From positions 1,620,001 to 1,652,000 of the forward strand of contig NC_010814.1 of the NCBI RefSeq assembly GCF_000020385.1: a stretch of 32,000 nt of DNA, written 5' to 3'. The notes under the pieces were generated by a model. It saw only the letters and a program-made list of their open reading frames with translations. It was not told the origin of the DNA and did no database searches. Numbering within the stretch: the stretch's first letter is position 1; each line of letters starts with the position of its first letter. Below, piece after piece: positions 9,472 to 17,997 of this stretch. Origin of the DNA: Trichlorobacter lovleyi SZ (GTDB lineage: Bacteria; Desulfobacterota; Desulfuromonadia; Geobacterales; Pseudopelobacteraceae). Made by a program: the position numbers and the translations under genes.

Positions 9472-9786
9472 GTAAATCCTGACTGAGGAGTCGTAAATTA
9501 TTTATATTCATATTAGCATATTTGGCGGGCTCGTTCAATCTATGTAGAAATTATTGCTATCTCTTGTTATAGGATTTATGAAAGATCTCCTGAAAACCGT
9601 AAAAATTAGGGTCTTAAATGTTTGGCGTTTCCAATCAAGGTTGCCCTGTCGGGTAACTAGCTGGAGTCAATATTGAATTTTATTTTAGAGTGGACAATCA
9701 TTTGGCGTGGAAGTTCTTTGGAATTGTACTGCTGCCGGCAGTCAGTGGAGACGCAGTGAGCATGAACCTGCTGTACCGTTTCTGAT
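9472..9786. promoter_or_regulatory. AT-rich divergent intergenic region (promoters of the PKS operon and of dgkA)
   Basis: Spot counts of four consecutive 60-nt lines (9481-9720) give 22, 18, 24 and 21 G+C, i.e. 30-40%. Flanking coding lines give roughly 45-63%. The region sits between divergently transcribed genes. Confidence 0.45.
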
Positions 9787-10125
9787 ATGAGCCGTTTTCT
9801 GGTCTCGCTCGGCTATGCGCTGGAAGGCATCAGGTTCGGCATCAAGACCCAGCGGCATCTCAGATTTCATCTGGTTGCCGCCTGCCTGGCCCTGGCTGCC
9901 GGTCTCTGGAAAGGGCTGCAGCCTGTTGCATGGGGCCTGCTTGTACTGTTGATTGCTGCGGTAGTTGCTGCTGAGCTGATAAATACCGCCATAGAGGCGG
10001 TGGTTGATCTGGTTTCTCCCTTACCGCATCCTCTGGCCAAGGCGGCCAAGGATACTGCTGCCGGGGCAGTGCTGGTGCTGGCTGCTGCTGCCCTGGTTAT
10101 TGCTGTTGTGTTGTTCTGCTGTTGA
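9787..10125 (+). CDS. dgkA: diacylglycerol/undecaprenol kinase (DgkA family small membrane kinase)
   Basis: 112 aa with three hydrophobic helices. Contains 'AELINTAIEAVVDLV' and 'AKDTAAGAVLV', which are characteristic DgkA motifs. Confidence 0.85.
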   Translation: MSRFLVSLGYALEGIRFGIKTQRHLRFHLVAACLALAAGLWKGLQPVAWGLLVLLIAAVVAAELINTAIEAVVDLVSPLPHPLAKAAKDTAAGAVLVLAAAALVIAVVLFCC

Positions 10126-10142
10126 TACTCCCCTTGTACCTG

Positions 10143-11384
10143 CTACCTGTCTTTTCTTGGTACCACCACAATGCCTGATTCGGTGATGGTATAGCCGTTC
10201 TTGATGTCATCTTCATGATTGCAGCCAATCTCGGCTCCATCCGGAATGACTACCCCCTTATCGATAATCGCCTTTTTGATCTTTACGTGCCGTCCTACGG
10301 TAACCCCTTCGAACAGGATGGAGTCTTCCACCAGGCTGTAGCTGTTGATCTTGCACATCGGCCCCAGGATTGAGCGGCGAACGGTGCTGCCGCTGGTGAT
10401 GCAGCCGCCGGTGACGTAGGAGTCGATATTGACGCCGCGGCGGCCTTCTTCGTCAAAGACGGTCTTGGCCGGCGGCAGGTTGCCCTGGTTGGTCAGGATC
10501 GGCCACTTGTAGTTGTAGAGGTTCAGCTGAGGTGAAACATGGATCAGGTCCATGTTGGCCTCGTAGTAGGAATCCAGCGTACCCACATCCTTCCAGTAGC
10601 CCCGTTCTTCCGATTTCATCCCCGGCACCAGGTTGTCATTGAAGTTGTAGGCATAGATCCGGTCACCCTTTTCCAGCATCATCGGGATGACGTGCTTGCC
10701 GAAATCCAGGTCTTCATAGTGCTTTTTACCTTCCAGCAGGACTTCGATCAGCTTGCGGGTGGGAAAGATATAGTTGCCCATGGAGGCAAAGCAGGTTTCG
10801 CGGCCCGGTATGGTTTCAGGATCTTTCGGTTTTTCTGTAAAGGCGGTGACGCGGTTGTCGTCATCGACAGAGAAGACCCCGAAGCGGCTGGCCTCTTCTT
10901 TGGGCACCTCCAGGGAGGCGATGGTAAGGTCGGCACGGTTCATACGGTGGAACTGGATCATCTGGGTTACATCCATCTTGTAGATATGATCGCCGCCAAA
11001 GACCGCCACATAGTCTGCATCAGCGGTTTCCACAAAGCGCAGGTATTGCAGGATGGCGTCTGCGGTACCCTTGAACCACTGTTCACTGTCGCTGCTGGTC
11101 TCCGGTGAGATGGCTACGCAGAACTCTCCCAGACCGGTCCATTTGCCCCATGATTCACGAATATGCTTGTTGAGTGAGTAGGCCCGGTACTGGGTCAGGA
11201 TGTACATTCGCCTGATGCCGGAGTTGAAGAGGTTACTCAAGACAAAGTCAATGATCTTGTATTTGCCGCCAAAGGTGACGCTGGGCTTGGCGCGGCGCAG
11301 GGTCAGGGGCATCAGCCGTTCTCCTTTGCCGCCTGCCAGCACCATGGCAATGGTATTTCTGCCAAGATTTGATCCGTCGAACAT
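10143..11384 (-). CDS. glgC: glucose-1-phosphate adenylyltransferase
   Basis: 'IAMVLAGGKGERLMPLTLRRAKPSVTFGGKYKIIDFVLSNLFNSGI' is the canonical GlgC N-terminus, and a C-terminal left-handed beta-helix region follows. I place the start at ATG 11384 (MFDGSN...), preceded by AAAGGAGC. The longer track ORF (to 11690) runs across the upstream hairpin and overlaps the neighbouring gene. Confidence 0.9.
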   Translation of the reverse strand: MFDGSNLGRNTIAMVLAGGKGERLMPLTLRRAKPSVTFGGKYKIIDFVLSNLFNSGIRRMYILTQYRAYSLNKHIRESWGKWTGLGEFCVAISPETSSDSEQWFKGTADAILQYLRFVETADADYVAVFGGDHIYKMDVTQMIQFHRMNRADLTIASLEVPKEEASRFGVFSVDDDNRVTAFTEKPKDPETIPGRETCFASMGNYIFPTRKLIEVLLEGKKHYEDLDFGKHVIPMMLEKGDRIYAYNFNDNLVPGMKSEERGYWKDVGTLDSYYEANMDLIHVSPQLNLYNYKWPILTNQGNLPPAKTVFDEEGRRGVNIDSYVTGGCITSGSTVRRSILGPMCKINSYSLVEDSILFEGVTVGRHVKIKKAIIDKGVVIPDGAEIGCNHEDDIKNGYTITESGIVVVPRKDR

Positions 11385-11489
11385 GGGAAGCTCCTTTTTG
11401 CAGTCTCTGATTGCTCTTAGCTTATCCTTTAGCCGTAAGCTGTCAAGCATGCAAGCCTGATTTTTCCAGAAAGAGTGCTGCGAGGAAGG

Positions 11490-11516
11490 GCAAGGGCAGG
11501 AGAGTCCTGCCCTTGC
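11490..11516 (-). terminator. perfect 11-bp stem / 5-nt loop hairpin, 17 nt downstream of the Spy/CpxP-like gene
   Basis: gcaagggcagg-agagt-cctgcccttgc, with the two arms exact reverse complements. There is no strong U-tract directly after the stem on the minus strand, so terminator function is uncertain. Confidence 0.45.
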
Positions 11517-11532
11517 ATCATGAGAAGTGCTG

Positions 11533-11955
11533 CTACTGATTGCGTGGTGGCGGGAAGAGAGATCTGATACGTGCCTGGGTGCGGAGATGCGAGAGCAGCA
11601 GCTCTGTCTGCAGTTCCGACTGAAGCTTTGCCAGTGCCGTAACCGCGGCCTCATCAAACGGCTCCCGGTCTGCTGCCTGCCGTAAGGCATGCCGGTTTTC
11701 TTCCATTTTCTGTAAAATTCCTGCAGCGTGGTCCCGTTCTTTTTTGAGTAGCTGCTCCAGTTGCGTCTGTTGCTCCCCGGTCAGTTGCGGCATTGCCCTC
11801 ATCCTGTGATGTTCTGGTCCCGGTAAAGGCGGATGAGGCCGGCAATCCGGCGGTGGCGGCGGCAAGAGTGTCTCAGGGCATCCCTCTGCCTGTACGGTTG
11901 AACCTCCCAGTAGTAATCCTGTTCCCAATAGTGCTGCAAACAGCCGCATTACCAT
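11533..11955 (-). CDS. periplasmic Spy/CpxP/ZraP-family (LTxxQ) protein
   Basis: 140 aa. Signal peptide 'MVMRLFAALLGTGLLLGGSTVQA'. One LTxxQ motif ('LTGEQQTQL') sits in an otherwise helical, charged protein. A Pro/Cys/His-rich segment follows the signal peptide. GGAG RBS upstream. Confidence 0.6.
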   Translation of the reverse strand: MVMRLFAALLGTGLLLGGSTVQAEGCPETLLPPPPPDCRPHPPLPGPEHHRMRAMPQLTGEQQTQLEQLLKKERDHAAGILQKMEENRHALRQAADREPFDEAAVTALAKLQSELQTELLLSHLRTQARIRSLFPPPRNQ

Positions 11956-12080
11956 GGTGCTGCTCCTTTCCTGTCAGAGTGCGTGATGTCAGCCAACGTT
12001 GTTAAAAGTCTAACAAAACTGGACGTACCCCGGTGGTAAAGAGATGTACGCAAATGGTAAAGTACGGCCTGGCTGCGGTA

Positions 12081-12968
12081 TCAGGAAAGCACGTTCACTG
12101 ATTGCGTGCTACTGCTGGAACTTGAACTGTTCTTCAGCATTTTCAACAGGGCGGCAAGGCTGTTCTGGTCGACATTCTGGAGAAACGAGGCCAGGGCGTC
12201 CTGCTGAGAGCTGCTGTCCTGATCAGAGCTGTCATCGGTCTTGGCCATCTGTGGTGGCGGCGGTGGCGGTCCCATGCTCTTCATCATGCTGTCCATCTCA
12301 TCGCTGTTGAGAGAACCGTCGCTGTCGCTGTCATACTGGGTAATCAATGCAGAGGCGTCCTGTGACTGACCGGTCATCTCTGCCATTTTATCCAGCATGG
12401 TCTGCAGTTCGTCAGATGAAACGGCGCCGCTGCTGTCACTATCCACTTTCTTGAACATCTCTTCCGGACTTGGCGGTGGCGGAGGCGGCCCTTGCTTGCC
12501 GCCTATGGCCGAACTGCTGCCGGTTGAGCTGTCTTCACTCTCTGATGATGAACTTTGCATCTGCTGCAGCATGCTGATCAGGCTTGAAACCAGATCCTGA
12601 CCGGAGTTTGACAGGTACGAGGCCAGCGAAGTGGTGTCAAGCCCGCTGGACTGACTGCTGGACTCTTCTTCATTGCTCATCATGGCATCACGCTCATGCT
12701 TCGGCTTGATGCTTTCCATCAGACTGTTCATTTCGTCTTCGCCCAGAGAACCGTCGCTGTTGCTGTCGTACTGAGAGAGCAGTGATGAGGCATCCAGTGT
12801 TTTGCCGCTGTCCTGAGAGATCTTGTCTGTCAGAGCCGTTAATTCAGTCTGTGAAATGCCGCCGTTGCCGTCGCTGTCAACTTTGCTGAAGAGATCCTGT
12901 TTTCTCTTCTGCTGCTCAATGCTGTACATGCTGCTTATGCTGCTGCTGATACTACTGATGCTGCTCAT
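12081..12968 (-). CDS. EF-hand calcium-binding protein, Ser/Pro-rich, with an internal tandem duplication
   Basis: 295 aa. Four canonical 12-residue EF loops: DSDGNGGISQTE, DSNSDGSLGEDE, DSDSSGAVSSDE, DSDSDGSLNSDE. Two GPPPPPP runs and Ser runs. AAAGGAGG RBS. Confidence 0.8.
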   Translation of the reverse strand: MSSISSISSSISSMYSIEQQKRKQDLFSKVDSDGNGGISQTELTALTDKISQDSGKTLDASSLLSQYDSNSDGSLGEDEMNSLMESIKPKHERDAMMSNEEESSSQSSGLDTTSLASYLSNSGQDLVSSLISMLQQMQSSSSESEDSSTGSSSAIGGKQGPPPPPPSPEEMFKKVDSDSSGAVSSDELQTMLDKMAEMTGQSQDASALITQYDSDSDGSLNSDEMDSMMKSMGPPPPPPQMAKTDDSSDQDSSSQQDALASFLQNVDQNSLAALLKMLKNSSSSSSSTQSVNVLS

Positions 12969-13145
12969 GGCGGGCCTCCTTTGATTCGGCGTGGATAGTG
13001 AACCTGTTACTTGAACGTATCGGCTGGAGGGGCCCTGCTCTTCGTTAAGTGAGCAGCTGATTGGGTAAAGATTTGTAACGCTGTTGGTTGTACCTGCAGG
13101 CCAGCACTAGGGTAATCACCCCATTGTTGCCTGCTGCGGTAAGTG

Positions 13146-13187
13146 GTACTAATACCGGCATCAGCCAAAGCAGTACTAATCCGGCAT
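13146..13187 (+). promoter_or_regulatory. direct repeat pair in the divergent promoter region (candidate regulator-binding sites)
   Basis: gtactaataccggcat (13146-13161) and gtactaatccggcat (13173-13187). The two are identical except for one inserted A, and both are preceded by 'aag'. They lie 60-100 nt upstream of the REC-HD-GYP start. Confidence 0.3.
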
Positions 13188-13246
13188 GCTGACGGGCAAC
13201 CTGAAAAGAACGCGGTCATCCGGCTTGGCAGGCGCAGGAGGAGACG

Positions 13247-14353
13247 ATGTTTGACGATATAAAGATTCTGGCTGTGGATGATGACAACTTCAACCTGCAG
13301 ATTATCCAGGCCATGCTGGAAGGGGTCTCGTCCACCATCTACACCGCCTTAGACGGTCAGCAGGCGCTCGATCTGCTGGAGGCGACACCGGGTATCGATA
13401 TTGTGTTGCTCGATCTGCAGATGCCGGTCATGGATGGTTTTGAGACCCTGCAGCGGATCAAGCTCAACTTCAGGTTGATGAAAATACCGGTCATCGTGGT
13501 TACCGCCGATCAACAAGAAGTGACCAAGGTACTGGGGTTGGGGGCTAACGACTTTCTTGCAAAGCCGTTTAACCCGGAGGAACTGCGACTGCGGGTGATG
13601 AACCACGTCCGTAACAAACGCTATCAGGATCTGATCAGCAACATGAATGTGGTGCTTGAACAGAAGGTGGCAGAAAAAACAGCTGCCCTGCAAGCGGCCC
13701 TTTCTTTGTCCCAGGAGGCTGAATACGAAATCTGTCTGCGGCTGGGCCGCGCTGCTGAATTCCGGGATATGGAAACCGGCATGCATACCCGCCGTATCAG
13801 CGAAATGTCGAAAACCCTGGCACTTCTGGCCGGACTTTCGGAAGAGCAGGCCGAGCTGCTCCGGTTTGCTTCGCCGCTGCATGACGTGGGCAAGATCGGT
13901 ATACCGGACCGGATACTGCTCAAACCTGGTAAGCTGGATGATACCGAGATGCAGATCATGAAGCTGCATACCACCATCGGCGGGAGAATCCTGTCTGACG
14001 GTGAGCGTTTTCATTCCCTTGAGGCAGGCCGGATTGTGGCGCTGCAGCACCATGAAAAATGGGATGGCAGCGGCTACCCGGCCGGTTTGCAGGGTGAAGC
14101 GATTCATATCTTTGCCCGGATTGTGATGATTACCGATATCTTTGATGCGCTTGCCTCGGACCGCCCTTACAAGAAGGCCTTCCCGATTGAAAAAATCCTG
14201 ACCATCATGGAAGAGGGGAGCGGAATATTTTTTGATCCCCGGTTGCTGCAACTCTTTCTGGATAACCTGCAGCAGTTCATCGCTATCCGTGACCGGCTGA
14301 AGGATCAGCAGGACGAGGTTGATCCATTGCTGGAGTTGCTTACTATTACCTGA
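13247..14353 (+). CDS. response regulator with HD-GYP output domain (RpfG-type c-di-GMP phosphodiesterase)
   Basis: 368 aa. REC: 'ILAVDDD', 'DIVLLDLQMPVMDG' (Asp56), 'KPF'. HD-GYP: 'HDVGKIGIPD', 'HHEKWDGSGYP'. AGGAGGAG RBS. Confidence 0.9.
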   Translation: MFDDIKILAVDDDNFNLQIIQAMLEGVSSTIYTALDGQQALDLLEATPGIDIVLLDLQMPVMDGFETLQRIKLNFRLMKIPVIVVTADQQEVTKVLGLGANDFLAKPFNPEELRLRVMNHVRNKRYQDLISNMNVVLEQKVAEKTAALQAALSLSQEAEYEICLRLGRAAEFRDMETGMHTRRISEMSKTLALLAGLSEEQAELLRFASPLHDVGKIGIPDRILLKPGKLDDTEMQIMKLHTTIGGRILSDGERFHSLEAGRIVALQHHEKWDGSGYPAGLQGEAIHIFARIVMITDIFDALASDRPYKKAFPIEKILTIMEEGSGIFFDPRLLQLFLDNLQQFIAIRDRLKDQQDEVDPLLELLTIT

Positions 14354-14367
14354 TTCAGGAGGTCTGT

Positions 14368-15168
14368 ATGTCAATTCGATCCTGCTGTATCCGTCCCTTG
14401 TTGTTGTTGCTGTTGCTCGTGTCGGCCCAGGCACCTGCAACGGTTTTTGCCGCTCCGTCCGGGAACAACCTGTTGATTTATTGCGGAATCACCATGGTAC
14501 GTCCGGTAACCGATATTGCCCGTCTGTTTGAGAAACAGGAAAAGATCAGCATTGCCGTTGCCCAGGGAGGGTCGGAAGATCTGTACCAGAGTGCTAAAAA
14601 GAGCCAGCAGGGAGATCTATACCTCCCGGGTGAGCCGGTCTTCCGGATCAGGCACCAGTCAGAGGGGCTGCTTGGGGAGTATCGCGGGCTGGGCTTTAAC
14701 CAGATGGCACTGATGGTTCAGAAAGGCAATCCCAAGAAGGTAAAACCGGATCTGAAAGAACTGCTGCGCAAGGATCTGAGCGTGGTGCTGGGCAGCAGTG
14801 AAAGCGGCAGCGTCGGTGTTGAGGCACGTCGGATTCTGACCCAGGCGGGACTTTATCCCAAGGTTGCTGCCAAGGTGGTCCAGATGTTGCCGGACTCCCG
14901 TTCGATCATGGCAGCCATGCGGCGGGGGGATGCCGACGTCACCATGAGCTGGCGTGCCACCGGCTATTTTCCGGATAATGCTGCTTCCGTTGATGTGCTG
15001 GATCTGCCGCCAGCCGTTGCCCCGCCGCAGGAGTTACAGTTGACCCTGTTGACCTTCTCAAAGAATCCGGTTATGGCGCGCAAATTTATGGCATTTGCCG
15101 CAGGTCCGCAGGGACAGGCGATTTTCCGCCGCTACGGCTTTATTACAGCCGTCAAATCAGGGCAGTAA
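14368..15168 (+). CDS. periplasmic substrate-binding protein, ModA/type-2 PBP-like (no transporter genes adjacent)
   Basis: 266 aa. Signal peptide '...LLLLLLLVSAQAPATVFA'. 'LLIYCGITMVRPVTDIARLFEKQ...AQGGSEDLYQSAKKSQQGDLYLPGE' resembles the N-lobe pattern of molybdate/tungstate/sulfate binding proteins. Lies 14 nt after the RR gene and 6 nt before the first kinase. Confidence 0.65.
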   Translation: MSIRSCCIRPLLLLLLLVSAQAPATVFAAPSGNNLLIYCGITMVRPVTDIARLFEKQEKISIAVAQGGSEDLYQSAKKSQQGDLYLPGEPVFRIRHQSEGLLGEYRGLGFNQMALMVQKGNPKKVKPDLKELLRKDLSVVLGSSESGSVGVEARRILTQAGLYPKVAAKVVQMLPDSRSIMAAMRRGDADVTMSWRATGYFPDNAASVDVLDLPPAVAPPQELQLTLLTFSKNPVMARKFMAFAAGPQGQAIFRRYGFITAVKSGQ

Positions 15169-15174
15169 GGCGTA

Positions 15175-17997
15175 ATGAAGTCAATTGCAACGCAATTCAG
15201 GCAGCTGATGCAGGCAACTTCAGGGGCTGCACGAGCCTCCCGTTTGCTGTTCTTATTGCTGGGGCTGTTTGTGGTCGGCTTTGTAGCCCTGGCTGCAGTC
15301 AACTTCGGCATCGGAAGTCTGATGGATGAGCTGGAACAGCGTGGCCGGAATGAACAGACCCGCTTATTCATCGGCGAAGTGCTGGTCGATGACATCAAGG
15401 GGATGGAGCTTGATTTCAACCGGATGGTCGCCTCAGTCAGCACGGCAGAGCAGGGCCGTCTGCGATCCGCGATCAGGGAGAAAAGCCTCAAACTTGAACA
15501 TGACCTGCTGGTACTCAAGGACGGCGGCCGGGTTGAGCGAACCATTGACCTGAACATTGAGGGCGTTGACACCCTGAATGAACAGATTACCTATATGCCA
15601 CACTCTGATGACCCCCATAACCTGCTGGAACTGATTGAAATAGGGCCGCACCTGGACAAGGTCAGGCTCAAGGCTGATGAGCTGGCCTTGCTGCTTGCCA
15701 AACGTGAACAGGCGCGGGAAGCCCGTAATGCTGCCCGTTTATTAAGCCTCGAAGATGAGCTGAATATGTTCTACAAGCATGTCCCCTCCCTCTTTGTCCG
15801 GCTGAATGAAAATGCAAACCGGCTCTACTATGAAAGCAATAACCGGATCAGCAGTCTGAACAAAGAACTGTCAGCCCGGCGGATACTCTATAAGAACCTG
15901 CAGATGGGACTTGGCGGTGCCATTCTGCTTCTGGTGATAGGGTGCGGTATCCTGCTGGCGCGGCAGTTGGCAGCCGTTAATGTGCAGTTGATGCAGTCCG
16001 GTGAAGAAATGCGGATTGCCAAAGAACAGGCTGAGGCCAGCAGCCGCGCCAAGAGTGAGTTTCTGGCAAATATGAGCCATGAGATCAGGACGCCGATGAA
16101 CGGTATTCTGGGGATGACCGAACTCTTGATGGATACGGAGCTGAACCCGCAGCAGTTCGACTATCTGCGTTCGGTCAAGGTCTCGGCAGAAAATCTGATG
16201 GATATCATTAACGATATCCTTGACTTCTCAAAGATTGAGGTCGGCAGGCTTGAGACCGAGGCGATTCCCTTCATGTTGCGCAGCATGCTGGGACAGACCC
16301 TGCGGACCCTGTCGGTTCGCGCCGCCCAGAAGGGGCTTGAACTGGTTTTTCAGGTGGATCCGGATCTGCCTGATACCCTGATCGGTGATCCGGGCCGGTT
16401 GCGGCAGGTACTGCTTAACCTGGCCGGCAATGCGGTCAAGTTTACCGACCAGGGCGAGGTTGAGCTGCTGGTGTCAAAGCAACAGGAGCTGCCCGGCAAA
16501 GAGCTGCTGCTGCGCTTTGAAGTGCGGGACAGGGGGATCGGTATCAGTCCTGAGCATCAACAGCGGATTTTTGCCCCCTTTGAACAGGCTGACCTTTCGA
16601 CAACCAAAAAGTATGGCGGCACCGGCTTGGGACTAGCCATCAGCAGCCGTCTGGTGCAGTTGATGGGCGGTGAGATCGGGCTGGAAAGTGTGGCGGGCCA
16701 GGGCAGTACCTTCTGGTTTACCCTGCGCTGCCAGGTGCAGGAGCAGCCTCAGCATGAAGCGCAACAAACCGGAACCTTATCCGGTTATCTGGCATTGGTG
16801 GTGGATGATATCGCCATCAACCGCCAGTTGCTGGAGCGGTTTCTGACCCGTTGGGGGATGGATGTACTCACGGCAGGCAGCGCTGAAGAGGCGTTTTCGA
16901 TGCTGGAGTACGCCCGGTCAAGGCGGCCTGTCCAGCTGCTTTTAACCGATCTCCAGATGCCCGATTGTGACGGCTGGGGGCTGGTGGAACAGATCAGGAA
17001 CGATCAGCGCTACGATGAACTGAAACTGGTGCTGTTGCCCAGCGCCGGAAAACGGGGCGATGCCAGGCGCTGTCGCGAATTGAAGGTAAACGGCTATCTG
17101 ACCAAGCCGGTCATTCACAGTGAACTGTATGAGGCTTTGAAGGCAATCATACATGGTAAGGAACAGCCCGGCAGCAGTCCGGTCACCCGTCATCATGTCA
17201 GAGAGGCGCAGGGCAGCTGTTCCATTCTACTGGTTGATGATGTTGAGATCAACCGGGAGCTGGCCCGGATCATCCTTGAAAAACGGGGACATCGGGTCGT
17301 CCAGGCGGCGAATGGTCTTGAGGCGGTTGATGCTGCCCGCAAAGAACGTTTTGATCTGGTATTTATGGATATTCAGATGCCGCTAATGGACGGTTTTGAG
17401 GCCACAAACGAGATTCGTTCCTTTGAGTTGTCTCAGGGGCTGCAACCGGTACCGGTTATCGCCATGACCGCCTATGCCTTGCAGGGAGACCGGGACCGCT
17501 GCCTGGCAGCAGGTATGGATGGCTACATTGCCAAGCCGATTAAAGAGGATGATCTGTGCAGGGTGATCGGACAGATGGCGTTTGGCCGCTCCGATCAGGA
17601 GTTGCTGCAGGTTGTGATTGAACAACCTGAAATCGTGCTGCCGGCAGAACAGGAACCTGATCTGTATCCGGTTTTTGACCGTCAGGCCCTGCTGACCAGA
17701 CTGGGTGGAAATGAGGCATTGATACAGAAGTTTGTGTCCATGTTTTTTGAGAGCGCCGATGAGCATATGACCCAGCTGCGACAGGCGGCCAAGGAAGGTG
17801 ATGCCGAGCAGCTGCGGGCCAAGGCCCATGCCCTCAAAGGTTCGGCCGGCAACGTGGGGGCCTGTGCCCTGTCCATGGCAGCTGCCGAGCTTGAAACGGC
17901 TGCCCGGGAACTGCAGCAAACGGAACAACCCGAATTGCTGAGCCGGCTGGAAGAACAGTTTGTCCTGTTTGAGCAGGCGACCGGGAAACGGAAATGA
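15175..17997 (+). CDS. hybrid sensor histidine kinase (2 TM + helical periplasmic domain, HisKA-HATPase-REC-REC-Hpt)
   Basis: 940 aa. TM segments at about aa 22-45 and 244-262. H-box '[10 protein letters not shown]' (His302, nt 16078-16080). '[10 protein letters not shown]' G2 box. Two receiver domains: '[13 protein letters not shown]' and '[13 protein letters not shown]'. Hpt: '[12 protein letters not shown]'. Confidence 0.9.
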   Translation: MKSIATQFRQLMQATSGAARASRLLFLLLGLFVVGFVALAAVNFGIGSLMDELEQRGRNEQTRLFIGEVLVDDIKGMELDFNRMVASVSTAEQGRLRSAIREKSLKLEHDLLVLKDGGRVERTIDLNIEGVDTLNEQITYMPHSDDPHNLLELIEIGPHLDKVRLKADELALLLAKREQAREARNAARLLSLEDELNMFYKHVPSLFVRLNENANRLYYESNNRISSLNKELSARRILYKNLQMGLGGAILLLVIGCGILLARQLAAVNVQLMQSGEEMRIAKEQAEASSRAKSEFLANMSHEIRTPMNGILGMTELLMDTELNPQQFDYLRSVKVSAENLMDIINDILDFSKIEVGRLETEAIPFMLRSMLGQTLRTLSVRAAQKGLELVFQVDPDLPDTLIGDPGRLRQVLLNLAGNAVKFTDQGEVELLVSKQQELPGKELLLRFEVRDRGIGISPEHQQRIFAPFEQADLSTTKKYGGTGLGLAISSRLVQLMGGEIGLESVAGQGSTFWFTLRCQVQEQPQHEAQQTGTLSGYLALVVDDIAINRQLLERFLTRWGMDVLTAGSAEEAFSMLEYARSRRPVQLLLTDLQMPDCDGWGLVEQIRNDQRYDELKLVLLPSAGKRGDARRCRELKVNGYLTKPVIHSELYEALKAIIHGKEQPGSSPVTRHHVREAQGSCSILLVDDVEINRELARIILEKRGHRVVQAANGLEAVDAARKERFDLVFMDIQMPLMDGFEATNEIRSFELSQGLQPVPVIAMTAYALQGDRDRCLAAGMDGYIAKPIKEDDLCRVIGQMAFGRSDQELLQVVIEQPEIVLPAEQEPDLYPVFDRQALLTRLGGNEALIQKFVSMFFESADEHMTQLRQAAKEGDAEQLRAKAHALKGSAGNVGACALSMAAAELETAARELQQTEQPELLSRLEEQFVLFEQATGKRK

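Noticed and set aside
9521-9716. Sigma-54 promoters at the TGGCG sites (e.g. TGGCGTGGAAGTTCTT at 9703-9718).
   Set aside because: The -24 GG is present, but the -12 position reads TTCT/TTCA/ATCA instead of the essential TTGC. The same test on TGGTACTAATACCGGCA (13145-13161) fails by one-nucleotide spacing.
9472-9786. c-di-GMP (GEMM-type) or other riboswitch in the intergenic regions, also checked at 12969-13246, 24607-24795 and 30622-30895.
   Set aside because: I looked for the conserved ACGCAAAGC / GGCAAA cores on both strands and did not find them. This is an eye search only, so a covariance-model scan (Rfam/Infernal) would be needed to exclude it properly.
11410-11432. Inverted repeat AGCTTA-N11-TAAGCT upstream of glgC.
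   Set aside because: The stem is only 6 bp with a large loop and does not extend. It is indistinguishable from chance at this length.
11385-11690. 102-codon N-terminal extension of the glgC ORF in the track (start 11690).
   Set aside because: The extension is Arg/Ser/Cys-rich with no GlgC similarity. It crosses the 11-bp-stem hairpin and overlaps the 3' end of the Spy/CpxP-like gene. ATG 11384 has a GGAG RBS and gives the canonical GlgC N-terminus.
13007-13219. 70-aa minus-strand ORF in the EF-hand / HD-GYP intergenic region.
   Set aside because: It has no RBS or motif and sits in a divergent promoter region containing the direct repeats. It is more likely non-coding.
13349-14440. 363-aa ORF antisense to the REC-HD-GYP gene.
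   Set aside because: It lies entirely in the shadow of a gene with clear REC and HD-GYP motifs. Its translation is low-complexity, Arg/Gln/His-rich, with no recognisable motif or RBS. Long antisense ORFs like this are typical of GC-rich coding DNA.
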